NCBI RefSeq assembly: GCF_008831285.2
Contig: NC_045138.2
Span: 9,734,001 to 9,798,000, forward strand
Direction of reading: 5' to 3'
Source of the DNA: Nymphaea colorata
Lineage: Eukaryota
DNA: 64,000 nucleotides
The notes beneath the pieces are model-generated. The model did no database searches, was not told the origin of the DNA, and saw only the letters and a program-made list of their open reading frames with translations. Positions 51,881-64,000 of this stretch are shown one piece after another (the stretch's first letter is position 1; each line of letters opens with the position of its first letter). The translations under genes and the position numbers were made by a program.

Positions 51881-54209
51881 ACACTTGAACTCGAGAGTTT
51901 TTTTTTACTCCTTGAAAGATTGAGCATATTTTCATAAAAATTCACACTTTCCTTTATTATGTTTCTTTTAGCTTATATTCTTAGTTCTTCTTCACTGTTG
52001 TCTCGTTGTATTGACATTGGACCTATTGGCTGTTGCGTACCAAGGCCAGTCCTGGCTTAATATTAAGCCATTTTTTAATTCAATAAACATAGTAAATTAG
52101 CTATCAATTAGTTTTTTAAATAAGAAAATAAAAAATAGATAGATACTCGAAAATATGAGGAGAATCCAACATCAAACTGACAAGGCCGGTACCAAAACTA
52201 AAAATGCTGCTTTCTACTGCAAACCTGGAGACGGATGGTAGATACTCGAAAGCATCTCAGTGGTCATTGAATATTGCTTGAAGAGCAAGAACACCATTTT
52301 ACAGGAATGGTAACAATTTGATTTGTTAAACATCCTAGATTGTTTATTAATTACTTGTTAAAATTAAAAAAAAAAAGCTTCATACCTGCAAGAAAAGGAA
52401 ACCCCAGAGCAAACCGAGGTATGAAACTTAAAACATTGCTCTTAGGATTGGACTCCTCACTTTCAGCGTGGGAGAAATAACCTACTGCCTAGTGAAAGCG
52501 GAATCCTTTTTCCTTTTTGTCCTTTTCCAAATTTTTCTTGTACGATCTACCGTTTTCCCAATCTTTCCTCTAACGTCCAGGATTGTGCTGGTGTTTGGTA
52601 TGAAGCCTCTCATACACATCCATTAATATACACATCAACCAGTAGAAAACTTCTACCCACCCATTGGCAGATGGGGTTGATGCCAACGTTACTAGAACCG
52701 ATGACTTGCGTGACCTTATCAGCCATTACCAATGTGACAAACGACCTTGGGAGTTAAATGTAAAGAGAGATGAGTTGTGCATCGTACCGTACACTCCTAT
52801 TGTTCAAAAAAACTAAAATCCTTGTTTTTGTTTGGCCCCTCATTGTTTCTATTTATTATTTCTTAGCGATGAGGAGGAAAAAGGAATAACAAAAAAAAAA
52901 ATACCGAAGGGAGGAGGTCGTGGTTCAAATCCGTGCATTTAAAGCCATGTGAACAATAAATTATTTTCAATGTCATTGAACACAACGAACGAAGTTCGTT
53001 GAGGCTATTAATGACCACATTAAAATTTTCTTTTACTTACTAACTTGGCAGTTTAGGATGATTACGGTATGTGACTGGCACATGATATTATGAACTTCTA
53101 TATTATCTAATTATGCTCTTCGTTCATTTTGAGATATGAGCCCCATTTTATTTGCTGGCTGGTGTGAAGTCATTTGGGGAATGATCGGCTGCCTTATCCT
53201 TAAAACTGATTTCTCAAATTTAACATCAAAGAACAACACACCCGGCCTTACAAAACAAAAAAGAAAAATAAAAAAGAAAATAAAAAGTTGAAAAAAATGT
53301 AGAATATTGTATGTCAGGCTATCCTAAAAAAAGGCGCAGATCTTAAGTGAGATTCTAAGGTTTAAACAAACTGGTAAAATGGTGGCCGTATAAGGTCGGA
53401 AAGATAATCATTTTTCTATATATTTTTCAAAACTTGAGGACGTTTGATAATCGATTCTTAAGTGAAAACTAAAAAATGTCTAGATAGATAAAGGTTTGGG
53501 GGAAAACACTTTTTTATATAAATTTAAAGGATTTTTCTTAAAATGAAATCCTCAATTTGACAAAATGTTCAAATCGAAGTATACTACCTGTCACATTAAG
53601 TCTACCCCTTCATTGCTCAAAGCTGTCAATACGCACTTGTACTTATCCATGTGCAAGGTTTTTATGGTTCTCATTCCCTTGACACGGCACAAACGAAACT
53701 TCGATTGAAACTCGAAGCAAACGAAAGCTTCGTCGACATGTTTGAGCAACTGTGATTTAAGAAGGTAGCGATGGGTGACAAAGGTAAGCAGCAATCTCCA
53801 AGCCTGAATTAAAAATAAATGATATTAAAGAGAAGTTAAGACTTAATGGAGAGGGTCTTCAACTTGACGTTCTCTCTCTTTGATTATTTCCACTTGCTTA
53901 CCACCTACAGGCTACGGCATTTGATTTATATATGGGAAAGAAAAAAAAGGACATCAGCGAAGTCCATAACTAGTCGCAACCTTTACTTCACCTCCTAAAA
54001 TTATTGTGATCTTAAGTGGAGGATTGCTCCTTCGTCACACGGGAAAGCAAGATGGAAGAAGGAATCAGACACTACAACAAAAGTGTTTGACACCGACTGT
54101 GGGTACTTTGTCTAGACAAAGGATCTGTTTTTGGTGGACGAATGAAATCAATGACAAAAGAACACTGCTCGCAAGTTCATCACCACAAAAATTGCTCTAT
54201 GTTGGAACA

Positions 54210-57200
54210 TGTCACGACCCAAGTTTTTTGACGCCAGATTTTTTTTTTATAATAACAAAAACAAACATTGGGTCTTACTTTGCCAAAACAAACTTGAGTA
54301 ATGACCAAAACACAACTACATCAAACACCAATAACACATCAAACACTGTTTTAAGTGACACCCTTTTTTATTTCACATAATGATGCTTGGACTCAAACAA
54401 CTAAAATATCCATAAAGCCCAAATTCGACATAGTGTCCACCAATGTCGGTCCATCACAAACACTGAGGATGCCAATCCAGTAGTCCATTATCTCTCAAGA
54501 ACAACTGTAGAGACAGAACGAATGATCACATTCCTTTGTGTATGGTAACATCCAGACATGAATGAAATATAGTCTGACAAAATAAGTATATAATGATGTC
54601 AAACAAATTCATATGAGAACTTCTTGGTCGGTGTCTATAAGCTATCAATTCATAATGAACCTCAGAGTTATAGCTTATTATCATGAACAAAGTATATATA
54701 ACTTCCATATGTTGCAAAGTTACGACGGTGACCCATTAACAATGAACATGGCCATCATGACGAGCAGGCATCGGTCGGGTCCCCCACCCAACTCACAAGT
54801 AGCACAAACATGTTTGCACTAGGCGATCCAAACAGATCGAGGGTAAGCTGTAGTGAAGCCTCCTCAAATATTTGAGTTTGCCGCTACAATAGCAGGGTCT
54901 AACCACCGTCATTACCCGAAGTAGTAGATCAGCCCCTCTAGGCACCCGAGTTGAGGGACAGAAGACCTTGCTCTCCAAACAAAAGTTTAACAAAACCCCG
55001 AGCCCTTGTACCACCAAATACCCTATGGACCATCCAGTGAAGATGGAAGAGTGTGCAACCACAATGATCTCACGTTATACCACTACCTCCTGGGATAAAA
55101 CAAACCACTGGACCCGCTTGCACTCCTGTATGTTATTGTTGAAACATGGTTGATGTTTTTCTATATATTTACCTATGAAATTACCATTATGAATCATATT
55201 TTGGAGTCTACCATAAAAACACACATTGGGCACAAATCCCAATGCCATGCTAGTCTAATCTACTACCTGTCCAGAGAAAATTCATGAACCTTTTAAAGCA
55301 CGTTTGTATAAGAGAAAATTCATGAACCTTTTAAAGCACGTTTGTATAAGGGCAATCACAAATCACCACAATGCCCCATGTCAATGTCATTGGTATGTCT
55401 GATCGCTACCACACCCTTACGAATGCATTTACATAGGTATATATATATATATATTATGTTTATATGTACATATGTATTAGTAGCTATGTATATGTTTACC
55501 AATATACAAGCATGTCAATAAAACTTTTATTGTTCATGACTCAGCTCTTAGACTGAATTTCCGTTTTTATTAACAATATAGTTACTTGTATTATGTGAAT
55601 ATACCTATTTATCTATATATATGTTTGTGGCTGAACCACAATATAGCCTTATGCTTAATAATCCAACCGTCATCCCCTTACAATCTGTTCATACTAGAGT
55701 ACATGACTATTTGCATTTAAGGACATGAGGGTAACCTATATTTATCATTACTCTCAGCCCTGCGCTCATGAGGCAATCCTATTACTAACAATATCTTACT
55801 GACTGAGTCTGACTTCATACAGGAAGATAGCGATGTTGAATTGCCTCAGCTCTTTGTTTAAGAACAATAGGATTTAATATGTCATTATTTATTACATCTA
55901 TAGATATTTTTATCCTCCCCTACAGGAATTTTTTTGTTCTCAACAATTGCTTTCAACATCCTGCCCTCATATTCATGGCTATCATTTTTTTTTCTTCAGT
56001 CTGTTAGTAGGAAGAAATGCCATACTAAATCTGCTACACTAATCTCTGAAACCACCTTCCCTACAGTTTGTTTTTTCCATTCAACTATACATTGCATGCA
56101 CCCTACAATAATAACTTGACTACTCTGAAGCTTGGTGGTTTCAACCAAATATTAAGAAGTCTGATTGCAGACTTCAATTAGTTTCTATTTGCTTTATTCT
56201 CATTTCTTGTCCTGTAAATTCCTGATTCTGATCTTATTTTTTGTTCCCCTATTTCTTGTTAGTTTTCTCATTGAATGAATTTTGTATTATGCAAAACGAT
56301 GATTCCTTTGATAACATTCATAAGCTAATCTTGATCAAAAGGGCTATTCTAGCTCTTTGGATTTGTTCCACTTATTTCTTATGGTTAATTCATTAATAAC
56401 ATGAGAATCATTCTATTCTTTAATCAGATCTATGCATTCACCAAATGATTTTTTTCTTTTCAACCTTTCTAATCCTGTAAAGCTACTCATTGTTGCCCAA
56501 CATGCCAATGGAGGACAAATTAGTATCTCAGAATCCCATCACCCAAATCAGATTGGGTACTGTTATGTGTTATTATATAAACATATCAAAGTATAAGAGC
56601 TACATGCTTTTATCATGATCAAATATTCGCCTACATGTCTAGTATTAATAACTACAATTTTAGTGACATTCATAGAGTACCAAGTATTCCCATACTTGTA
56701 GACCTTGTTTCAACAGTCCTATGATTTGCATAGGTCAAGTGTAATGTAAATATAAGATTATCTCCCTTTCTCTTTTTCTGTGTTCTATTGTGAATTATAC
56801 ATTAACATAATGCATGGAAACTTTACAAAGATAGGGCAGAGACATAACCACTGAAAAATAGTTTTTATCTATCTTGCTCATAATAATTCACTCAAATATA
56901 CTTATATAGCTTTTATTATCACCAGGCCCATTCATGAAGGAACTTGCCATAGTTGTTATTCATGTCATTTCAACATGCATGAACGTCCGTATTCAGTTCA
57001 GCTACCAAAACACACATCCCACTATTTACATGCATAGCTATATATGGATATATAGCTTCAACAAGAACAAGGAGTTCCCTGTTCAATTAACTATTAAGCG
57101 ACATAGGCAATAGAAATATCCATTTATACACTTCTGAAACTGAGGTATCATCACGTCACAACACCCATTCATTCACCGTCTGTCATAAAGCTGATCATGC

Positions 57201-58116
57201 AAGATGCTTCCTTAATAAATCTGATCATATTCTAAATTTTATAATCATGCTCAACCTTCAATTATCACGTAATGCATACAAGCATTTTCAATCTGACAGC
57301 CTACTTCTTACTCTATGCCTACTTGTATACATATTACATATTCACTTTTTTACATCTATATTCCCATAAGCATAACATGTATGAACTACATGTTGCATAC
57401 AACTTCTGAATATTCACATACCTTATTGCTCCAAGGTGCAGTCAATTCAATTTGCTTGCAGCGTTGTCGTTCCAAGGCAGTCTAGCAGGATTCCCTTGCA
57501 AAAAACGTATGTTTACATATATAATTTCAGATCATAGCTTGCTCCACCATGTAGAATTGTCCATGCTTATATATTGCTTACAAAAGAAACTATATAACAC
57601 TTACCAGGGTCACTTTAATTGTACAACCCCTTGTGTCGACTGGCAACTCCCTAGTTTCTTAGATCCCTTAAAACTGGGATGGCAGACATGTATACCAGTC
57701 CCTACTAGCTCTTGACTTTCACCCCAAGATACAAGAAACAAGAATTAGCTCCCACTTGTTGAGACTTTCCCTCTATGGCTGGGGCAAATAGGAACCTAAA
57801 ATGCCGCATTATAGAGTTAATAAGGCTAAAATATGAGCAACAACATTTCCATACGAATTTTCTGAGAATGGTTTCTCAATTGCTCTCAATCTTCCTTAAT
57901 TTTTTCCTTTAACATCTTCAGTTACTAACTCTAGCCATGCATGGACCAATTAGCCCCTTTACTTTTTCATAATTGAACCTCTTTATGACATATTTGACAG
58001 AGTTTCAACTAGACTTAACAGTTATTTGAATATACTATTTATATTTATACATGAATTATCTTATAACCATATTAAAGTTTTTGCAATAATTAAGAAAAAA
58101 AACATTGGGCCTTAGA
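54210..58116 (-). mobile_element. Probable solo LTR (3907 bp), Tekay/Del-like, reverse orientation
   Basis: Begins TGTCACGACCC and ends GGGCCTTAGA (mutated TTACA). TSD GAACA at 54205-54209 and 58117-58121. Termini resemble the reverse complement of 39980-43088. Contains a 38-bp tandem duplication at 55273-55348. Confidence 0.7.
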
Positions 58117-59100
58117 GAACATGTTCTATCGACAGCCAAGGTGGTTAGTAGAGAAACAGAAGATGGTAGGAATCTTCTTGCATCTTTCTCGATGATGGAC
58201 GACACCATTGTTAGTTGAGGCGTGTGCATCTCAATCCCACAGAAGTCATTGGCAAAAGATGGTGTTGTATTGTGGAGCCATGAAAAAAACAATTGATTTG
58301 GTGATGCCCGTGGTGGTCAGCATCGTACTGTCTTCAACCACCCTAATGACCAAAAACTTACGCAAATGAGAACGCAAGAGATGTTGGCAGCAACTAGAAG
58401 GTTGTTACAATAACCTTCCGTATGCAAAGCTAATTGGGGGGGCTTTGAAGAAAGTCTTTTGTGGAGGCTCAGTTGTATAAGGCCGTCTTTCTTTGTCTCA
58501 CGTTCTCACGTAGCAGGAACATCAGTCTGTGGCGAGGCCCTGGTGGAGTTCTTGAAGAGAGGTTCGCCACTTTCAATCTCTCTCTCTCTTTTCTCACAAG
58601 CTTCGTTGTCTTGAATTGAGGGTCTTCTGAGGGTTGCATCTCTCTACAAGTTTTGGATTTTCTGAAGGCCTTCTCTCATTCTCTATCTCACTTTCTTTCT
58701 CGCATATAAGTAGCCATATAAGTAGCCACTATAGAGGGTTTGGTGGAGCTCATGAAGAGCGGTTTGTCTATCTGCCTAGTTCTTTGCTATTTGCTGCATG
58801 AGTACTAAATTAGTGTCTTTCTTTACCAGTTGATCATATTGTAAGAATCATTTGGTGGGCCGACATATGTGAATGAGGAATTTCAGATATTATGGCTATC
58901 TTAGGAGGCGTTTGACGCCCTGGAAATTTACTGTTCACCGGAAATATATTTCAAATTTAAAAAAAAATTTTAGCATAACAAAAGCGGGAACGTTTTTTCG
59001 ACCGTTAAGGTCGATTCCGGAAACATACTTCTGGAAACATCTTTCCACCCAGCGGGGTGGAAAGATATTTCCTGGTTTTTTTCTTTTTGCCCGTTACGGG

Positions 59101-59302
59101 CGTCGTCGTCTTCCTCGCCTCACGCCCAACACCGTCGTCGTCTTCCTCGCCTCACGCCCACCACCGTCGTCGTCTTCCTCGCCTTATGCCCACCACCGTC
59201 GTCGTCTTCCTCGCCTCACGCCCACTACCGTCGTCGTCTTCCTCTCCTTACGCCCAGCACCGTCGTCGCCTTCCTCTCCTCACGCCCAGCATCGTCTTCC
59301 TC
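59101..59302. repeat. GC-rich 32-bp tandem repeat (6 copies plus a partial)
   Basis: Unit CGTCGTCGTCTTCCTCGCCTCACGCCCACCAC with minor variants. Confidence 0.95.
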
Positions 59303-59873
59303 CAATGGCTTGATTTGAGCATCTCCTCACCAGCGGCTTGATTGGGCATCTCCTCACCAGAGCAGCGTCTAGCAGCGGAAGGGGAAAGAGGAAGAACGAA
59401 GGGGAAGGGGGACGAACGTAGGGGAAAGAGGAAGAACGAAGGGGAAAGAGGAAGAAGGGAAGAAAGGGGAAAGAAGATATCGCCAATCTCTCTCTCGCTT
59501 ACAACCGAGAGATTTGGGTATCCTCCAGCTATCCGCCATCCCCAGGTCTATTTCCCTCTCTCTCTCTCATTCCGACCTCGTTGATTCTGAGGGACTATGT
59601 TCAATTTGGCGTTTATTGATCTAAGAAAACATTTTTCGGCTCCGGGTGATGTTGTTCCCTTGTTTGAGACGAGCATGAGGAAATCTGTGTGTTCTCGTCT
59701 CCTTTGTGTAGCTCTTTATTTTAAGAGAAAAACTGGGATCCCCACCAAACACATGGCCATCTGTCGCCCACTGCCATCTTAGACCACCTTCTTTTTTAAG
59801 ATGGAAAAGGCCAGGAACATTCTGTAATCTTTGGTTCATCGAGAGCAGGACCTCCTCTGTCAGAAACACGAAC

Positions 59874-60635
59874 ATGGGATTCTTCTCTTTGCTGGGGGTC
59901 TTCCTTCTTTTCCTTTGTTCTTTATCCATGGCTTGTGATCGATGCGTGCATACTTCGTCTGCTGCTTATTATTCTTCTGCTTCTGTTCTCTCAGGTTTTG
60001 GCTATCGTCTTCATATTTCACTTGCTGTTCTTCCAATTTTGCACTTCGCGTTAGCTCCTTATGTTCAAGTCTAAAGATACTCGTTTTTTGTTCTCTTTTA
60101 TCAGTTGGGGCTTGTGGATATTGACCTTTAGCTTTGGATTTCAATGGAGGATATGTTGGGACAGCTAATTCTAGTTTGTTCAGGGAAGGAATCGGTTGTG
60201 GAGGATGCTTGCAGGTATGCATTGCTCTGCTAAATTCTGTAAATTTGTTGGTCTGTTCGCTCCCCATGGATCTTTATGTTAGGCAAACCTCTGTGGCTCA
60301 TTTTGGTGCAATTTACAGGGTTGTGTGTTAAAGTAGGGATTGAAGTTTCTCTTAACCATGGTATATTCCAGACAGGAACGATAGGAAAATGAGAAATTTC
60401 TTCCTTACCCTATAGAGCAGAAGAAACTCATCGGTTCATTGGTTCATTGGAAGAAACTCATCAATCAGTTGGCTTTTGGATTTAATTTTTACATTGTTAT
60501 GGCAGATAAGGTGCAAAAATCCAAGGTTGTGCAGCAGCCGTGGGGTGAAGGTGGTGCTAACAGATAATAATTCTAACAATGAAACCGAGGTTGTGGACAT
60601 TGAATACCCGAGGTTGTGGACATTGAATACAAGAG
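59874..60635 (+). pseudogene. Expansin-like A (EXLA) fragment: exons 1-3 with introns
   Basis: Exon 59874-59994 MGFFSLLGVFLLFLCSLSMACDRCVHTSSAAYYSSASVLS. Exon 60105-60214 VGACGY*PLALDFNGG..GIGCGGCLQ (TGA at 60122-60124). Exon 60506-60635 IRCKNPRLCSSRGVKVVLTDNNSNNET..VVDIEY, with an internal deletion and a 22-bp duplication. C-terminal domain absent. Confidence 0.92.
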
Positions 60636-61199
60636 GTAATGAAAATTTGAAATGGCGATTTCCACCACTTTTTCTGTGTTTCATTTGGTATTACAGACCG
60701 GATTGTCTCACTTGTTGTGATAACGAATTTTGCTCGGAGTACTTATAATTTCATAGCAACTGCTGACAGCAGAAAATTATTATGGAATTCACAGTTCTAG
60801 GCATGTTTAAATACGCAGGATACCCTGTAATTATGCAAAAGTGCAGTGTGTGTTTGAGGGGATTGTAATGGCGATTTCCTTTGTTTATTTATTAGACGGA
60901 CAACACTTTTTACTCTGCTTGCTTGATAATTTTATTACGTTATGTTTCTTGGTTGTAAACAGTTACTTGGTTGGAAACAGTTATTTAACTGTTTTTCTCT
61001 CATTCCCTCTTTTAACTCTAGAAATATGTTTCTTTATTATCAAACACAGAAATAAATTTCTGGAAATATATTTCTGAGTTATCACACACACACCAAAATT
61101 GGAATCAGAAAGATTTTTTCCATTTCATTTTTCCATTTCCTATATTTCTAGAAATATATTTCCAGAAATGTATTTCCAAGCCATCAAACGGCCCCTTAA

Positions 61200-64000
61200 T
61201 GTAAATATCCAGTTAAGTGATTGCGTTTTGGGATATCATGCCATTTTATATGGTATGAGGTATTTTTATAATGTATTGATACCTATACGCAATTGCGGAT
61301 TCTTTGATGGGTTGAATCCGTAATTGCTCATAATATAAAAAGGTAATGGTCCCAGGGGTCGTGCAAAAGAGAGTTAAAACATTGCTTTCTAGGTTTGTCT
61401 CTTCCCCATCTGAGAGAAACCACATGCGCTCACGCACAGACCCTGGAAGATCCTACTGCACATCGTCCACTTGTTCGGATGGATTTAGGTACGCTTCTGG
61501 TACAGTTAAAGTTTTGATTCAGTGATAGGGCATATTCATCTATTTGTATATGCATGAAGAAATCTCTCCATCAATTGGTAACAGAGCCTATGTTTACTGT
61601 TGAATCATTGGATTTTATGGGTTAATTGTTGAAGCATCCGTACAATTTTTGGATAAATTTTGTGCGATCTTCCTTTTTGAATCTTCTTCTTTTGAGAACC
61701 GCTGCGTTCGTCTCCTTTCCCCATTTCCCTTGCTAATGGGCATGGGTGATGGAAGCCGTCGGCTTCCGTTGCAACCGTAGAAAGTGGAAAAGGGAGGGCG
61801 ATGACCGGACATCACTGTGCGACCCGCCGACACCCACCCAAAATGTTGGCAAGAACAACCGGAGGGTTCCACCGTTCGCCTGCCATTCGTCGTTTGGCAG
61901 GCGAACGGTGGAATCGTTGCTGGAAACCACTCACGCAGTAGGCGGTCGGACCCCGGTCGGGTCATGACAGACCCGACCTGGATCCATAACAATCTTAAAA
62001 AAACCGACGAACGCTGGAAACCGCTCGTGCGGTAGGCGGTCGGACCCGGGTCGGGTCATGACTGACCCGACCTGAATCCATAAGTAGGTGGTCGGACCCA
62101 GATCGGGTCATGACCCCACCCGGATCCATAAGAATCAACAAAAAAAATGCCGCCTGAGACCGCTTGCAGTAAGAACTTCGGACCCGGGTCGGGTATACAG
62201 TTTAAACTTTGAAAATACAATTCTTTTTGTCAAACCAATTATGAAGAGAATCAAACCGGTTCATTCGGTTTAAGACCGATTCAATTCGATTTAGGATCAG
62301 TTCGTACCTTTTTGAGCTGATTCAGTTCAAATTTAAAACGGTTCTTACCAATTCAGACCCTTTTCAGACCTGTTCATTCAGTCTTGGAACCGATTTTAGC
62401 CATTTTTCAACCGGTTCAGTGGGTTTCGGAACCGATTCGGTCTACTTTTGATCGGTTCGGTCTATTTTTAAACCAGTTCAGCCCTATTTAGGGCCATGTG
62501 TGTGTTTTAGTTATCGGTTCAGCCCTATTTAGTGCCATGTGGGTGTTTTAATTGCAGTTTAAGAAGGGTATGGACCATTTTAAGGCCGATTCAGTGGTTC
62601 TTAACTCACTTAAACGCAATTATGATACCAGTTTATAAAATTTTGGACTCTTTTGGGTTTATTTCATTGAATCATTTGGTTTTGGATTCAATGTAAGACA
62701 ATTTTGTATGTAAATTTTAATATATGTATCGTATTTTGCATGTTATTAAAATTGTGGATGTACCTTAGATGAATATTTGGACTATGAATTTGATCTTTGG
62801 TCATGTCTATTGTTTAAAACGAGTAGATTTATACCTTATATCGCCAAAGTGACCTCTGTTGTAGGAATTTGCCTATTTCGAACATTAGATGATAGTATAC
62901 TTAATCCATACAGGTAATGAATAACCCAAATGAGGATTGTTGCTTGGTCAGATTTAAGCATACAGGGCAATGAATATGTAATAATTTTCAGGTTTCCATG
63001 TGAATAGTGAATCAATCCAAAGATGAGTTTGTTATTTGACAGGGCTAATTATCTATATTCATTATTGACCAAAAATACCACATGCAGTTAATATTTCAAT
63101 CCAAAGATTGGATATTAATGTTGCACTAGTACCTTATGATGGGATTTAGGCCATTGTATTTAAATTCATTTATATTTGTTATTTCATTTATGTACATGTA
63201 TTGATTGTTAGCATGTTTAGTATTTTTTTTTGTTCTTTGTACAGTGAGTTCTGCTTCCATGATATCTGCAAATTTGAGTACTATTCCTGAGTTAAATGGT
63301 TCAAATTTTAAGGATTAGAAAGAAACTGTTATGATTGTTCTGGGTTGCATGGATTTAGACCTTGCATTGGGAGTCGTCCCCACCTGAGTTAACAGATGAA
63401 AGTTCTCATGAGGATAAGCGGAACTTTGAATGGTGTGAGTGCTCGAACCGCATTGTGTTTAATGATCATGAAGAAATCAATCACAGAAAATTTTAGGTGC
63501 TTAATTACTGAAAATGCTAGTGCTAAGGCATTCCTCGAATAAATTGAAAAGCATTTTGCTAAAAACAAAAAGGCTAAAACAAATACTCTTTTGAGTAAAC
63601 TTGTGACGTTGAAATATAAAGGCAAGGGGAACGTATGGGAGCACATTATGGAAATGTCTCATCTTGCTTCAAAACTACTAGCACTAGGTTTGAAATTACC
63701 TGAAGACTTCATAGTGCATATGGTTCTCATTTCTCTTTCACCATAGTATGGATAGTTTAAAATTAGTTATAATTGTCAGAAAGAGAAATAGACTCTTAAT
63801 GAGCTCATTTCGCACTGTGTTGATGAAGAGGAGAGATTTAAGCATGATAAGATAGAAAGTGTTCACTTGGCTAGTACGCCTAAAAGCAAGAAAAGAAAGG
63901 ACTATTAAGAAAGTTACAGTTGGTCATTCATCCATTAAGAATCAGAAGAAACATAAGGAAGACAAATCATGGTGCATCTTTTGCAAGGGTGAAGGTCATA
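61200..64000 (+). mobile_element. Decayed copia element, 5' part (runs off the window)
   Basis: TG..CA LTR at 61200-61573. PBS TGGTAACAGAGCC at 61576-61588. Long leader. Gag from ~63259 MISANLSTIPELNGSNFKD*KETVMIVLGCMDLDLAL, with stops and frameshifts. Confidence 0.85.

Larger units (their letters stand above)
58904..61195 (+). mobile_element. Non-autonomous PIF/Harbinger element carrying expansin-like A exons
   Basis: TSD TTA at 58901-58903 and 61196-61198. TIRs GGAGGCGTTTGACGCCCTGGAAAT / ATTTCCAAGCCATCAAACGGCCCC (19/24). GGAAATATATTTC subterminal motifs. No transposase. Confidence 0.85.

Noticed and set aside
52915..52935. B-box-like GGTTCAAATCC suggesting a tRNA
   Set aside because: No A-box or cloverleaf stems seen. 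At most a SINE relic.
58873..59584. Arg/Pro/Ser-rich ORFs and a CRISPR-like appearance of the 32-bp repeats
   Set aside because: Head-to-tail repeats with no unique spacers and no cas genes, in plant DNA. The ORFs are artefacts of the repeat.
49388..60635. EXPA plus EXLA as a functional expansin cluster or local duplication
   Set aside because: They belong to different expansin families. The EXLA copy is truncated, has a stop and sits inside TIRs, so the proximity is most simply chance.

Overview
Flowering-plant nuclear DNA, AT-rich and dominated by transposons; no prokaryotic features. Host genes: the last two coding exons of an unidentified + strand gene (3533-8422), a two-exon THA8-like short PPR gene (13266-14312, +) and a three-exon EXPA20-like alpha-expansin (49388-50894, -). 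LTR elements: one near-pristine Ty1/copia (18335-23661; 407-bp LTRs differing at one base; intact gag-pol), an internally deleted Tat/Ogre-like element with a ~2.9-kb LTR, two Tekay/Del-like solo LTRs, and several decayed, nested copia elements. DNA transposons: a decayed hAT transposase and hAT MITEs. The most notable signal is three non-autonomous TIR elements that each carry a recognisable host-gene fragment. Two PIF/Harbinger-type elements carry NETWORKED1 (NAB/KIP1 domain) and expansin-like A exons, and a probable hAT-type element carries histone H2A. In all three the cargo reads away from a GC-rich or promoter-like end. Family assignments come from motif recognition only; no database search was run.
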